From: Euglena gracilis
Taxonomy: Eukaryota
Assembly (NCBI GenBank): GCA_039621445.1
Contig: CP154954.1
Location: forward strand, 13,930,387-13,994,386
Direction of reading: 5' to 3'
Length of the DNA stretch: 64,000 bases
In this document: positions 34,001 to 47,355 of the stretch, piece by piece
Numbering within the stretch: position 1 is the first letter of the stretch
Layout: the number at the start of each line of letters is the position of its first letter
Translations under genes and position numbers: made by a program
Notes under the pieces: generated by a model
Told to the model about the DNA's origin: nothing
Seen by the model: the letters and a program-made list of their open reading frames with translations, nothing else
The model's database searches: none

Positions 34001-34300
34001 CAGGCCGTATGTTAGTCGGGTGCCGACCCCACCCCGGAGGGGGGGGGGGTGCCTGCCTGGGCAGGCACTCCAAGGCACAAAAATCCGACCCCCCGGTTGG
34101 GGGAAGGGCACTCGGCCAAAAGTGCCTAGCAGGCACTCCTGCGCCGAAGGCGCGGAAGGCTCAAACAAAGCCTATTTTCAAGGAAAATGGCCTATTTTCT
34201 GAGGAAAGTTCCTGGGCACACGCTGAAATCCGACCCCCCCCCCCGGGGTAGGCACTCAAGTCCGGACCCCCCTCCCCCGGGGGGTGGTAAAAACAGCCTG
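34001..34300. mobile_element. hAT-like MITE nested in a CAGGGCGGTC-family element
   Basis: CAGGCCGT...ACAGCCTG; perfect TSD GCTGGGGC; empty site at about 38325-38345; related to 52458-52605. Confidence 0.9.
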
Positions 34301-35170
34301 GCTGGGGCAGCGTTTTTCTTCTTTCTGAAGGACCGCCCTGCGATTACCTCCCCCCCCCCCCGGGAAACTGTCATGCCCGAGAGCCTGTCAGGGACCCGCC
34401 CGGGAAACTGTCAGGGTCCCTGGTACCGGCCAACCTGTCATGATAGGAAGTTGTCAGGGTCCCCAGTACTGGCCAACCTGTCAGGTGACAGTTTCCCGGG
34501 GGGGGGGTTGTAATTTCCAACCCCGACCTTGGGGCACAAGGCAGATTCACCTCGCATTTTTGATTCCTTTATGGTTTTGTGGTGGATGAACTGTTCAGTT
34601 TTTGGGTAGCCAACTCTGGGGTTGGTAAGGGGTTGCTGGTGTTGTTGGGTGGGGATGCCCGGTGTGACCGTGTGCGTGACAGTGAGTGTAAACAAGTGTG
34701 TAAGAGTGCCTGCAACAGCGGAAAACACGTAAATAGATCTGATGGCGGAAAAGCCCGACCAAAAAAAAAGATCAGGGGGTCTCACCATACGCCACCTTCC
34801 CACTAACTACCTCTTTACGAAGTCTTTCATCATCCCGCATTGGAAAGTGTCCACAGCTTGCAGGAGCTCGACACAAAGCACTCCATTCTTCTTTCTTGTC
34901 TGCTTGACCTCCAAGCTGGTTTCGGTGCACATTTCTGAAGAGGAAGGTTCCTTGCCCATGCATTTTCAGGATTGCGTGACAAAGTACGAGTTCTTTGCTT
35001 TCTACTTTGACCCAGAATTCACAGCTGTCAAATAAGATGCTAAAGGGCAATTCTGCGGTGCGGTCGTTGCAGCCCCGATCGACCCGACCCAACCCTCCCT
35101 CCACAGCCGGCACCCCCCAGGGAAGGGGGGTTGCGTGCTGTGGGCCCACGAGGTCGTGACACCGGAGAAC

Positions 35171-35453
35171 CAGGCTTTTTTTTTTAGTTGGGTGCCTACT
35201 CCACGGGGGGTGGGTGCTAGGGGCAGGCACCCCATAGCACCCCTGCCGACCCCCCCGGGGGGGGGGGAGAGTTTTGTGGGTGGGTTGGACAGGCACCCCT
35301 GTCCGGGAAACGATCCCGTTTTCTTTACCCTGTTGGCAAGGACCCAGCCGACCCTGGGTACCCCGGGCTGCCCCCCCCCCCCCGCCGGTGTGCCTGCTAT
35401 GGGCAGGCACCCCATAGCACCCCCCCGGTCCCGGTCGGTAAAAAAAAAGCCTG
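35171..35453. mobile_element. hAT-like MITE
   Basis: TIR CAGGCTTTTTTTTTA; TSD CGGAGAAC/CGGGGAAC. Confidence 0.87.
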
Positions 35454-36647
35454 CGGGGAACTGTTCGGGCCCCCGGTGCTGGCAAACCTGCGAGGCGGGA
35501 GTCTCCCGAGGGCCAGGTGTGAGCTCAGGCATCTCAGCCCAACCCATCTCCGGCCTTCTGCTGGTTGTGGCTCAGGCTTCAGAGGCTGTTTTCGCTGTGC
35601 CCGCACGCCAAGGTTTATGCCGGAAAGTGGAAACAAGGTTCGGTCAGCACCGGCCAGTCCCCATGCTGTTCTCTCTAACCCTCCTCCAACCGAGTGCTTT
35701 CCCTCCGCCCAAGTGGTTCCGGCAAGGAACTGTGGGCTACAAGGGCCCCTTTCGCCGTTGCAGACCCCCTTCCTCAGCCCCCCAATTTTTTCGGCTTCTC
35801 TCATTCTGTCTCTGCTCAATAGCACTCGGCCGAGCAACCTGTGCCCGGAGAACAATGTTTGACAAGGGACAACAAGAGGCACGTTTTTTTCAGCGTTCGA
35901 TGGAAGGCCACCCCGCTGCTCTCTGTCCGTTGTTTTTTTTCAAATTATGCCTGGGACTTTGGGGTGCCTGGGTCAAGCAGTTTAAGCCTAAATTTTGCCT
36001 TTTCTGCGCCTCTGGGTGATCATCGGAGTGCGCTTTTGCCGATCAGCATTTGGATGTTCTGGTGTGCCAATCATCAACCCCAGGGGACTTGGCTTTGATT
36101 TGAAGGCGGCGATACACACCCAGTTCTAAAAGCCCACACATCACGATTGAGACGGATGGGAATGGTGCACGTTGCAGCCCAGAAGGAAACAGAAGCCAGC
36201 AGGCTGCCTGCCGCATCAGCTGCAGTTATACGCATCCCTGTGGTTTCTCACTGAGCCGGTCAGTGCCGACCAATCCCCTCCCTTTTTCTGCAACCACACG
36301 CATACCAACCGCAAGCCATGTCCATCCGTGGACTTGTCACCCATGCACTTGCACACGAGCACTCTCGTCGCGCTACCACTGCATTTCGGCTGGCATCGCC
36401 CCATTCCCTCCTGCCACGCATGGCAAAGTGCCCGTCATACGCCAGCGTGTCGCGCAGTCGTCGTCCGTGGGCAAGCACCCATGTGCAGCGCCTCTGATCT
36501 ATGGTGACTCCAACGAGAGGCCCTCAGCCTAGGGGACAAACGTCCATCCGAGATCATGCGTGATTGACAAACATTGGGATGTGTCTACCGAGTTTTTTGA
36601 TCCACTCCCTTGATTTCCTATTGTTGGCCGAGCCACCAAGCCTGTCT

Positions 36648-36826
36648 TGTATTGTATTGTATTGTATTGTATTGTATTTTATTGTATTGTATTGTGTTGT
36701 GTTGTGTTGTGTTGTGTTGTATTGTGTTGTATTGTATTGTATTGTATTGTATTGTATTGTATTGTATTGTATTGTATTGTATTGTATTGTATTGTATTGT
36801 ATTGTATTGTATTGTATTGTATTGTA
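36648..36826. repeat. (ATTGT)n pentanucleotide satellite
   Basis: Directly visible. Confidence 0.97.
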
Positions 36827-37623
36827 CCTCCATACAGTTTCCACGTTTTACCTTTACGCAGCTCTTCTCAAGGGTCAGCCGTCTGAGGCTGGAAAGTTGA
36901 CGTCCCCTGAGATCCCATGAATACAATCGATTCAAATAAAACCAGTTTGTCCATGCTGACGTCTCGCCGGTAGATGTTTTCCCAAGTTATTGTCTCTTGA
37001 GGTAACAATTTAAAATAAAATAACATGAAGGTAAGTTGCTTGAAATGTTGAAATGTTTTTTTTTGGCCTCCCAGACCCGGAAAAATTGTTTCTGAGCCGA
37101 AACTGAGCGTTTTTCGCCCCCCCCCCCCCGAAACCCATGGATTTCGGATCATTTCTGGGTCAAAGAAAGTCGACAAATTCGAAAAAACTTTTTGCCCGAA
37201 AACAGGGTCCCAGTGGAACGCATTTGAGGACTTTTTCTTTGAAGGATCCATTTTCTGCCGCCTGTTCGGGACCTACCTAAAAGTCGCTGAGGCTATGGGT
37301 GCTTGCTGGTGACTCACGCGGGTCACGAACCTTCCTGTGCCAGCCCTCTGGAAGCGCAACGTATTTGTGTCTTTATCATTGGACAGGAGGAAGTGCCAAA
37401 CAATCTGTTTTGTGTCAGACTGGGCGGTTACACCGCCTCACATGCCAATGCCCCAAACTGGATTTTTGACTACCTCCTGTCGCACTGAACCATCATGCTT
37501 TGCAGATCTCCTCTTAATCCCGTCAACCTTCCCATGCTAAGGTTCCCGGCGAGTCATCTTGGCCCCACAAGTTGCATACCATATCACTGGCTGATCTCTG
37601 GTCTGCCTTTTCACTGTGTTAAT

Positions 37624-37832
37624 GACACACACACACACGCACACGCATGTGCACACACACACACACAAGCACACACACACACACACAGGACTATTTGCAC
37701 AAGTGCATGAACATGCCTGCCCAACTACCCACCCACCCACACTCACGTACACACATACACACACACACACACACATGCACACACACACCACTCACTCCAC
37801 ACTCCACACTCCACACTCCACACTCACTCACT
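37624..37832. repeat. Imperfect (CA)n / (CACTCCA)n repeat
   Basis: Directly visible. Confidence 0.9.
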
Positions 37833-38147
37833 ACTGTGCACGCACGCGTTTTACCTTTGCATCCTCGGTTGACCGCCGTGGTCACCGACAATTTCTTCGA
37901 AAGGGTGCCTTGTTTGTTCAGAGTGTTCTGCAATTTAGCAATTTTACCAATTTTGAATGCTTCCAGGCGTGTGGTGACATTTTGGAACCGTGCCCAGGAA
38001 ACAAGATATTGACTGGGTAAAAATTTGTCGCGGAGGCAAACTTTTGTTCTGTTTCATTCAATTCCTTTTCTTTCATGACTCCTTTCTCTTCCTGTCCCAT
38101 TTTTCCAACTCTGGTGTCCCAACAGTTATGCAACAACTTCTGAGTGC

Positions 38148-38369
38148 CAGGGCGGTCCAAAAGGGATGGGAAGTCTTCTTTTCCCTTTAGCACCACCCCT
38201 ACAGGACCGCCATTTGGCCCAAGGGAAGGTCCAAGGATGCCAGAAATAGCTTTTTTCTGAGTCGACCCATTTTCGCCAAAATATGGCCATTTTTTCTTCC
38301 ATTCTTTCTTATGAATTTTTCATTGAATGTGCTGGGACGGGAATTTTTTTTCCGTTAAGGACTGCCCTG
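38148..38369. mobile_element. hAT-like MITE (CAGGGCGGTC family)
   Basis: CAGGGCGGTCC...GGACTGCCCTG; perfect TSD CTGAGTGC. Confidence 0.9.
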
Positions 38370-41300
38370 CTGAGTGCTGATGAAAATGCTTTTGGTTTTG
38401 CACTTGAACATGTATTGAGAATTTGTGCTAATGTCCGACCCCTGAGAACCTGTCAGGTGCCCGCTCTGGAAACTGTCAGGGTTCTTCCTGCTGACCAACC
38501 CGACAAAGCCCGTGGCTGGGGGGTGGGTACTTCCTGGGTGGTATTGCGAACCCTGGTTTGCACTTCTCGGGTGGTTGGGCCTTTTCGGTCAGAAGTTTGA
38601 TGCCAATGCATTTGGCCATGTGGTAAAAAAAAATGTATTTTTGAAAAATTTAAAGAGAAGAAAAAGAAAAATAACATGCTGATAAAAATTCATGGTGTAG
38701 CTGGTGGAAAACATCTAGCGTGGCAAAATTACAGCTGTGGGTGACAAGTTCCTTGGAAGGAAAAGTGCAATGGCCACATACCTCCCCCCAGGGAGAGACG
38801 GGAAGCCCTTCGGTTTTGAGGTGGGTGGGGGGTCAGGTGGTAGAGGGGGGGCCCAGACCTCCCCTGCTCTAGACGTTGGGAGGGGGTGTCCGGACCCCCC
38901 TTTCTTTGTCAGTTTCCAAAAATAGCCAAACAAAGATTTCTCTTCCGGTGCTGCGCGCCAGAAAATGAGCAAAAATGCCCTTTTGAGCTTGTTGCACATT
39001 TTTTTTTTGATCCTACCCCCCAGGTCAGTCAGTGGCAGGAACCCGACAAACGTTGTATGAATGCCAGCACCAAGGCCCCTGGCAGGTTTTGGGTCATGAC
39101 AGTTCCTTGTTGGGGAGGTGTGCTTCTTGAGTGACACTGAGAAAGAAAAATGAGGAAACAAAAAAAAGCCTTATGTGGTTCCAGTCAAATATACAATTCT
39201 GTCTGACGACGTGGATCTTTTGGGCGAAATTGAACAATTTGTTTCACATCGAGCTTTAGGCTGTTGTTCTTGATTGTTTGTTCTTGTTTGTGGGTACAAC
39301 AAAAACGTTGTAACCCAGCCTACTAGGGGAACTGTGTAATCGTCACTCTCCTGGTTCTTCCCCACAGGAGGCATTTTTTCTCATGCATTTTTATGAATTG
39401 TGGCTCAAAATATTCGATGTTGCAAATTGTTAGTTTTTGCTTCTTAATGCCTGGACACATTTCTAAAATGAAGTATTTTTTTAACCTTCTGACTGCGAAG
39501 GGCCAATCTTTTCCCCTGTCCTGTCCCCCCCCCCCCTGGACTGCACAACGACCCGGGCAACCCCCGCCCACGGACTGCGCAAATTATTGGACCGTGGTTT
39601 CAGACTTTCAGGGATGCGACACTTATTTGGGCACCGCCCGAAAGCGGTTCAGTAGCTCTTTGGGGGGTTTGCACTTTTTTAGGCTTCACTTTCGGCCCCT
39701 CAGGGGTGTGACATTGGGAGGGGGGTTTCCCCAAATTTCGGCAAAACAGGCATCCCCCCAGTTCTGACCCATATTTTCCGGTGCTGAGGCAAGAGGAGGA
39801 GGAGGTTCAAGCCTACAAGCCTACCCCCCCCCCCCTTGTCTAAGCCCCCCCCCCCCCCCCGATTCTTACCCATCTTTTTAAGGTCATCGTCACGGGGATG
39901 ATTATTTTGTGTGCATTTTTAAGGGAAATTTCTCAAAATTTCGAAATTTTTGCAACTTCTGAGACCTGATTTGGTGAGGTATTGTTGATTTCTGCATCCA
40001 AATGTGTGTGAGTTCAACAGTGGACCTCCAAAATAAGGGGAGTTTTTCCTTTTCGGCGCGAAGCGCCGGATTTTTTTTGCAGTCAAAGCTTTCCCCCTTG
40101 TCTAAGCACCACCCCCCTGGTTCTTACCCATATTTTGGCAAAATAAGCACCCCCCCCCCAGTTCTGACCCATATTTTCCGGTGCTCAGGCAAGAGGAGGA
40201 GGAGGAGGTTCAAGCCTACGTTTGCACATGGGTGAGTTTGTCTTCAGTCAAAGCCACACGGCCCCCTCGTACAGGGACTGGCCCCAGTTTGGCCAGCCCC
40301 ACCGTCCTGCTCCCGGGGTATTTGTGTGTGTTTGTCTGACCGAGTGCTTTCCCAGCACCCAAGCACCCAGCCCCCTTCTCGGTCAGGAGTCACCCTGTTG
40401 ACAAGGAAGGTGCTCCAAGGCACCTGCTGGGTCTGGCATCAGGAGCGTTTGCATTGTTTTTTCGTCAGAAAGGTCCAACAGGATCCAGCGTTTTGCACCC
40501 CCCTCCCGGTTGCAGTTCGACGTGAGTTCTGCCCGACAATTTGTCAAAAATGTTTGAAAATGCACACTGGGCAAAGTCAGGGACCAACAAATTATGCACG
40601 TTGGCGATCCCAGTGTCTCTTTGGTCCCTCTCTGTCGGGGGCAGGGGTATTACTCACTTGGCCTGGAGTATTTGTGACTTTGCTGGGTTGCCCTGATGCA
40701 GTTTGGCCAAAATGGCAAGAAATGGAAAAGAATGGGGTTTTAAAATGTTGCAAAACAGGCGAGTTCCTCCTGCACGCTGATTTGCGAAATAAATCAGGGG
40801 AACCTTCGACGCTGGACGTTGGCCCACATGTCAAAATGTGGAGTACGTGGATCCAGACACGCGCCAGGGGGGTGGCTTCTTGTTCCAGGCAAGGTTCCAT
40901 TCCACCTCTATAAGGTGGCCAAATTTTTCTTTGAACAATTCCCGCACAAAAAACAGGCAATTTCCCGAATTTCTCTAAAAAGAGCGTGTTTTCAGTGCCA
41001 TGCATCATTGCGAGCTGTTGCTGTGCAACTGTTGTGTGCTCCTTGCGCTAAAAGCACAGTTAAGTTGAGGTAATGAGTTTTGTGGTGTGCGGCGTTGTTA
41101 ATTGAAATGCAGATTAGTTTGGTGGAAAGGAAGATCGCGATGCTGGATATTTCCATCAAAAGATGGGAAACACCCCCACAGTGCCGCGGGGGCAACCCAA
41201 GGCCCCTCCCTCCCCCCAGGCCCAAATAACCTGGTTCAACGACGTGGATTTCAAGAGACTTTAAGAGAGTTATTTTGAGAGTTTAAAGCAGTAAATTTGA

Positions 41301-44065
41301 TCAGATAGAATCACCAATGCGATGCACAGCTGGAAAGTTAATCAGCTGTGCACTGAAGAATATTTCAGCCACTTCTCCCATTGCAATGCCTTCAAGGCAA
41401 GGGGTTGGAACAGGGTCAGATAGGAAGGGCAAAAAAATTCAAAGTGTGGAAATTTCTGAACAGGTTCAGAGTTGGATTATATTAGGGTAAGGAAAAGTTT
41501 ATTATTTGATGGGGCAGAGGTTGGAATATAAATTATAACACCCTAGCTGAATTTTGGAAACCAAGCAGGTCCAGCGCAGCCAGCAGGAGCTGACCGGAAG
41601 AAAAGATGCTGGCTGGCTGGACCCCCTCCACCAGAGGTTGGTTCTCTCCTGCCCAAGAAATCTCTTGTGGAACATATCACCTTCAACCTCAGCAAACATT
41701 TCATGTACGCAATGAGAGACGAGGCTGCCAGTGTTCACAATGTGCAGCACCAGCAAAGGCCAAAAGTGCCGACTGCAGCCCTGACCTCCTCGCAATTCCT
41801 GTCGAGCGGTGAACACGTCCCACTCCTCAATTTCCATTGTATTCTTCCGTTGTGCTCCATTGTGGGAGGGGAAATCTGCTGCAAGTTTTACGTCTGCATT
41901 TATTACCGTTTAGCATTTTTAACGGTTTAATTTTTTTTGTATTTTCTGATGTTTGGTCATATCCATGATCAGAACTCTTTTCAGTTACCCCCCTATGTCC
42001 AACGACAACCCCCCCCCGGTCAGAGGACACCTTTTCGGAGGTTTTTTTTGTAGGTGCGTGAAAACCGGAGGTTTGCCAGCCCTGAAAGGCTTTTCTTCCG
42101 CCCTTGTCCTCTACCCAGCAGCCCATCGTCCATTAAAATGTTCCCTCTGGGGAGTTTTGTGCATTACGAGCGCTCCACCGGGGAGATAGTGCTTGCGGTT
42201 GTTGAAGGAGCTTCACCACACTCCCAACATTCCGCCATGACATTTTCCGGTGTTTGCTAGGTTGTAGATGGAGTGAAGATGGTTGATGGAATGCAGGGAT
42301 TGTCGACTGGGTATCTTTGTTTTTTTTTGTGAAATCCCGCGCCGAAAAAATTCTATTTTTAGCATTTTTCGCGATTTTTCGGCCATTTTTTGTGGGTCCC
42401 CCGGACCCCCCCCCCCGGGGGCCCCCCCCAGGGGGTGGGTGGGTGGGGGGGGGACCCCCCCCCCCCCCCCCCGGTCTTAAAAAAACCCCTGACCCCCAGG
42501 CAGAAAAGGCACTGAGAGCCAGAAAAGGGTCATTTTCTAGGGAACAGAAGAGCTAGGACCCATAACAGATCCCCCAGAGAACAAGGCACCTGCCCCCCCC
42601 CTTCGGGATTGTGAAAAAGGAGCCTGTCCATCACCACCTTTTTTGCGCGTAGTTTGTCGCACCCCTGTCATTTCTATTGTCACGTCCACAAATTAGATTA
42701 AGTTTTAGGTTTCTAAAAAAACCACATGAAAGTTGGAGAGGGGAGGAATGCACGACAATGCGCAAAAGAAAAAGGAAAAAGGAATGCAGCTCAATCACCG
42801 AGAGGAAGAAGTGCCATTGAATTTAAAAACTGAATTTTTGATTAGGAAACAAAGCAACCCCAACCTGTCTCGCAAAATACCTGAGAATTTACTCCAGATT
42901 TGATTGAAATATACCCACAGGAAGTTTTCGATGACAAGTCAGCCGGCACAGCCTAAGTGTAAACTTCCTGGGGGGGGGTGTACTCCAGGGCTGTACCGGA
43001 ATCCCCAAATCCCCATGGGTGGCGGGCAGGGGGCGTGCGGCGCCCCACCCACCACCCCTTCCTGTGTTTCCAGGAAGGGGTGGTTGGCTTTTTAGCTGGA
43101 AAAAATTCCTTCGGAGCCGAAGGCATTTTTCCTTGCACGGTGTCATGGTGGGGGGTTGCCACCCCCACCAGGCCTACCCATTCTGTCTGGATGGGGGGGG
43201 TGGATGGGAAGGTATGCAATGGACGAGTGCCCCCTGGCCGCTTGGCCCCCTCCTTTCAAGCAAACTTGCCCCCCCTCGAAGTTGGCCTTTGGCCTTTTGC
43301 GTATGACCGCCATAAGGGACGGGATTTTTTTTTAGTTAAGGACCGCCCCTTAAGGACCGCCCCCCCCCCCCAATACACAGAAACCCGAAAAATTGGACCC
43401 GAAATTTTTTTCCGGCGCCTTCGGCCACCAACTTTTTTTTGACCCATTTTGGGACCCATATGAGAGGTCTCCCCAAAAACCCCTCAAAACCCCATTTTTT
43501 CACACTTTCCAAAAATTCAACATTTTCTCAAAAATTTGGTTTTGAGAGTTTTTTGAAGCAAAAAAAGCCATTGAAAATCCAAAAATTTTCCAAGAGAAAA
43601 AATGTCAGTAAAATTTGAATGTTCCAAAATTTGGTCCTTTTTTTTGACCTGCATTTTTTTGACCGCCCTCCTAAAAACTAACAATTTTCAACCCTAACAT
43701 TTTGAGTTTTTTTGGGAAAAATGTGGTTTTCCATCAAAAAATTGTGTATTTTGGGTTCATTTTTCAAAATCATTTTCAAAATTTTCCCCGGCCAAAATCC
43801 CCTTTTCCTTATTTTTCGGTTGAAGTGTATGGGGACAGGATTTTTTTTTGCTTAAGGACCGCCCTGGCAACCACACAAGGTCCTCACAGCGCTGGAATCA
43901 CACCAGAGTTGCTCACCAGCCGGGGGAGCAACACAAGAGCACTGGTGCAAGGGGTCCACTCACCACACAAACTGGTCCAGAAGCGAAGTTACCGCGGCCA
44001 TAAACAGACAAGAAGCCTCAGTGCAACTAAGGGGGAGGTGTGGATGGTCAAGCACAAGAATCAAG

Positions 44066-45041
44066 TAAACCCCCCCAAATAACACCCCCCCAAATAACAC
44101 CCCCCCAAACGACAGCCCCCCAAATAACACCCCCAAATAACACCCCCCAAATAACACCCCCCAAATAACCCCCCCCCCAAATAACACTCCCCCAAATAAC
44201 ACCCCCCCAAATAACACCCCCCCAAATAACACCCCCCCCTCGGGGGCCGATTTCGCGCGCCCAAATAACCCCCCCCCCAAATAATTCCCCCCCGGGTATT
44301 TATTTTTTCGCCCGAAGTCCCGGCCCGAGGGGGGGTATTATTTTGGGGGGGGTATTATTTTTCCAAAATTTTCGAAATTTTTCGAAGTCCCGTAAAACCG
44401 AAAATGGCACCCAAAACCCCCTTTGGGGTCATTTTTTTGCACTTTCTTGTGAAATTTACCATTTTTTGGAGGTCAGATGAGCCAGAAAAATTGATTTTTT
44501 TCGTAATTTGTTGTCAGAGATTGTGATTTTTACCCACATTTTCAGGTTAAAATCCGGGCCAGGCTTCTTTTTAAGACACCTGACCCCCCCCCCCCCCCGG
44601 GAGTGGGTGGGTCCGGGCCGGACCCCCCGGGGGGGGGGGTCCCGCGCCGGAGGCGCCGGGTATACCTTTTCGGCGCGAAGCGCCGAAAATTTTTGAAATT
44701 GCCTTTAGCGGGCCCGATTTTGGGGGGTCCCCCCCCCCCCGGGGGGGTCCCGCGCCACCCTGGGTGGGTGGGGGGGGACCCCCCCCTCCCCCCCCCCCCC
44801 CGGGGTCCTAAAAAGAAGCCTGATCCGGGCCTTTGGCCCGAGACCGAGGGGGGGGTATTATTTCGGCGGCCGAAGTCAGACCCCAAGAGGGGGGGGTATT
44901 ATTTGGGGGGGTGTTTTGGGGGTTTAACACCCCCTCCTGTTTTCCATGTAAAAATAACACCCCCCCAAATAACACCCCCCCCCCGGGGTCCCATTTCGGG
45001 TGCCCAAAAAACACACCGGGGGGTGTTATTTGGGGGGGTTA
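44066..45041. mobile_element. TA-flanked MITE with (AAATAACACCCCCC)n array
   Basis: TIR with about 12 tandem motif copies at 44077-44290; hosts 44560-44822. Confidence 0.87.
44560..44822. mobile_element. hAT-like MITE nested in a TA-type element
   Basis: TIR CAGGCTTCTTTTTA; perfect TSD ATCCGGGC; empty site at about 4608-4635. Confidence 0.93.
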
Positions 45042-47213
45042 TGTGAGATTTTTTCCAGCACGTCGCCCCATTCCCGGAGCGGCGCTCATTGAGCTGCACC
45101 CCATGCTCTGCGACAGCACCGCCCTGCACTCTCCATCCATTCACCCTGCATGCCAAACCAATCCTGACCGCTGTCCCGTTGCCACCCATTCTGCCACGGC
45201 GCTTTGTGTGTCTCATTAATGCGGGAGGGAGCCACCTTCTGTAAAAATTATGGGAAACTGTTCCTTACCAATGTTTACTAACTAGCCTTGTGGACATCGT
45301 CGGTTAGGGCAGGAGAGGTCCAGGGACAAAGGCAGATGTCATTGCCAAAGTTCTGCATGCGGCTTTTGTTGGTTTTTACCCCTATTCAGCAGTGTGAGAG
45401 CGTAAGAAACCTCCTTTTCACACTGTTTTCGCACAAAAATGCTCAAAATTTCTCTCCCCGGATCTCAGGCCTCCTTTTACACCCGCAGAGGGCGAATCAC
45501 TAGATTGGGGGGTGCCAGCCTCCCAGTCCAAGAGCAGGGGACGCCCCCCCCCCATTGCTTGTGGGCAATTTTCTGCTGAACCACCCATTCCATAAAGCAC
45601 CCCCAGATTAGGGCCCTGGCATCAGGTGGGCATGATCCCATGAAGGGGTCGAAATTCCCACTCCCGAAACCGAACCACAGAGCCCAATCACAGTCCCTGT
45701 GCACAATTTGGAGGTTCCGATTTTTAATAACAAACAATCTCTGAAAAAAAACCTGAGATTTTAGACATTAACGCGGATTTCGAACTTTCCCTCCTCCTAT
45801 CCCTCATCCCCCCCCCCCCCCCCCCCCCCCCGTTAAGCTCACATTGGACCCGAACCGGCTGATCTGTCATGTTGGGCAGTCTACTAAGGCTCCTCCTTGG
45901 GAGCAGCTGATCTAATACCAGCTGGCTTGCAAGGCAGCAACGTCAAGCCCCATCAAAAACCTAATTACCTAATTAAGGTTTTGCAGACCCCAGGGCTGCT
46001 GCAGCCAGCGCCGATTTTGGCCCAGACCAGCCGCAGCGGCACCCTGGGGGGTGGTGCTGTTAACCCTGCTAGCCTATTTTGCGGTGGGTTTTTCTTTGGT
46101 CGAAGGTTGAGGTGGCGTGGGGTGTGGTGTGGGATTGTGGGGGAGGGAGGTGGAGTACCGTGGGGTACGTGGTGGCTCCACCGCCGTCGTCATCACCCTG
46201 TGCCTCATAGGCGGGGTATCCCTCTATTTTTTCGGTACAAAGTGCCGGAAAAAATCCAAACTTTGCCCCCCAAAGTAGGTACCCCCCCCCCTCAGAGCAC
46301 CCCCTGCCTGCCCCCCGCTTTGAAGGTGGGTGCGCGCCCGCCCCCGCCACCCTGAAAAACTTCTGGCTTGACTCCTCTCAGCACCCACCAATTTGCGTAC
46401 CAGGTATTTTGGCCATGTGCCGAATAACTGACTGATGCATTTTTTCTGTCCCGTGCCTCCAAAATTATTTTGAACCTTCTTGCCTAAACTCGGGGGTTTC
46501 TCGGGTGGCAGCAGGGCAGTTCGTCCCCCCCCCCCCGCCCCAGACCTGCAGGCTGGCAGGCCTGCATTCGCCAATCGGGCCGTATGGGGCTTCCTCCCCT
46601 ATCGTGCACTCGAAACTGTCCGAAACCATTTTCTTACTGGGGGGGGGCAGCTGCTGTGCAAACAAGTACCCTCATAATTTGGGCTACATTTAGACTCTTC
46701 TTTTTAAAGCAAATTCTCCGGTGATGGGGGCCTGGTATTCCCCACGGCGAGGAAGTGGTTGGAGAGGTGGCTCTGTTTGGCGGCTGATTTTGTGCAGTAG
46801 ATGATTTTTCACAATGTCCAAAAATAGAGAGCTGGCACAAGCACTGTTTCTCTCTTTTTTTTGTGTTTCTTGGGCAAATTTTCTCAATTTTGTGCTTCTC
46901 TTTGTTCTCTTTGTTCTTTTCTTCTGGAATTTTGTGTTCTGCCAGGAAATTTTTTCATGTTAGAAATATTCGCATTTGAAACCAGGCTTTTTCGAACCAA
47001 ACCATTTGCAATTTTTTTCCCGTCATTTTTCTAAAAATTTTGTTCATTTCCAAAAGACCAATGGTGATGTTATTGTATTTTTGCTGTTTACACCTGGACG
47101 TGTGTTGGACCCATACATCACACCATGGCCCACATACATCACACTATGCACACATCACGTTCTTCCAAACAAGTGACGTCCCGTTCCTCGCAGCGTTCCT
47201 GTTCGATCTTGCC

Positions 47214-47355
47214 ATGGCCGGCATCGGAGGCCTCCAGGGCAGCCGCATCAGCCTCATCAGCAAGAGCGAGATCCGCTACGAGGGCTTCCTCTACAGCATC
47301 AACCCAGATGAGAACACCGTCGCGCTGCGGAACGTCCGCATGTTTGGCACCGAAG
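47214..47355 (+). CDS. LSM14: LSM14 exon 1
   Basis: [24 protein letters not shown]...MFGTE; GT donor at 47356. Confidence 0.95.

Noticed and set aside
35135-36532. 294-aa ORF and Cys-rich minus-strand ORFs as a third gene
   Set aside because: Partly MITE sequence. I found no recognisable domain and could not build a consistent exon chain.
44066-44290. CRISPR-like array (also 18113-18256 and 58680-58800)
   Set aside because: Units of 10-15 bp are directly tandem with no unique spacers. They lie inside TIR elements, there are no cas genes, and the context is eukaryotic.
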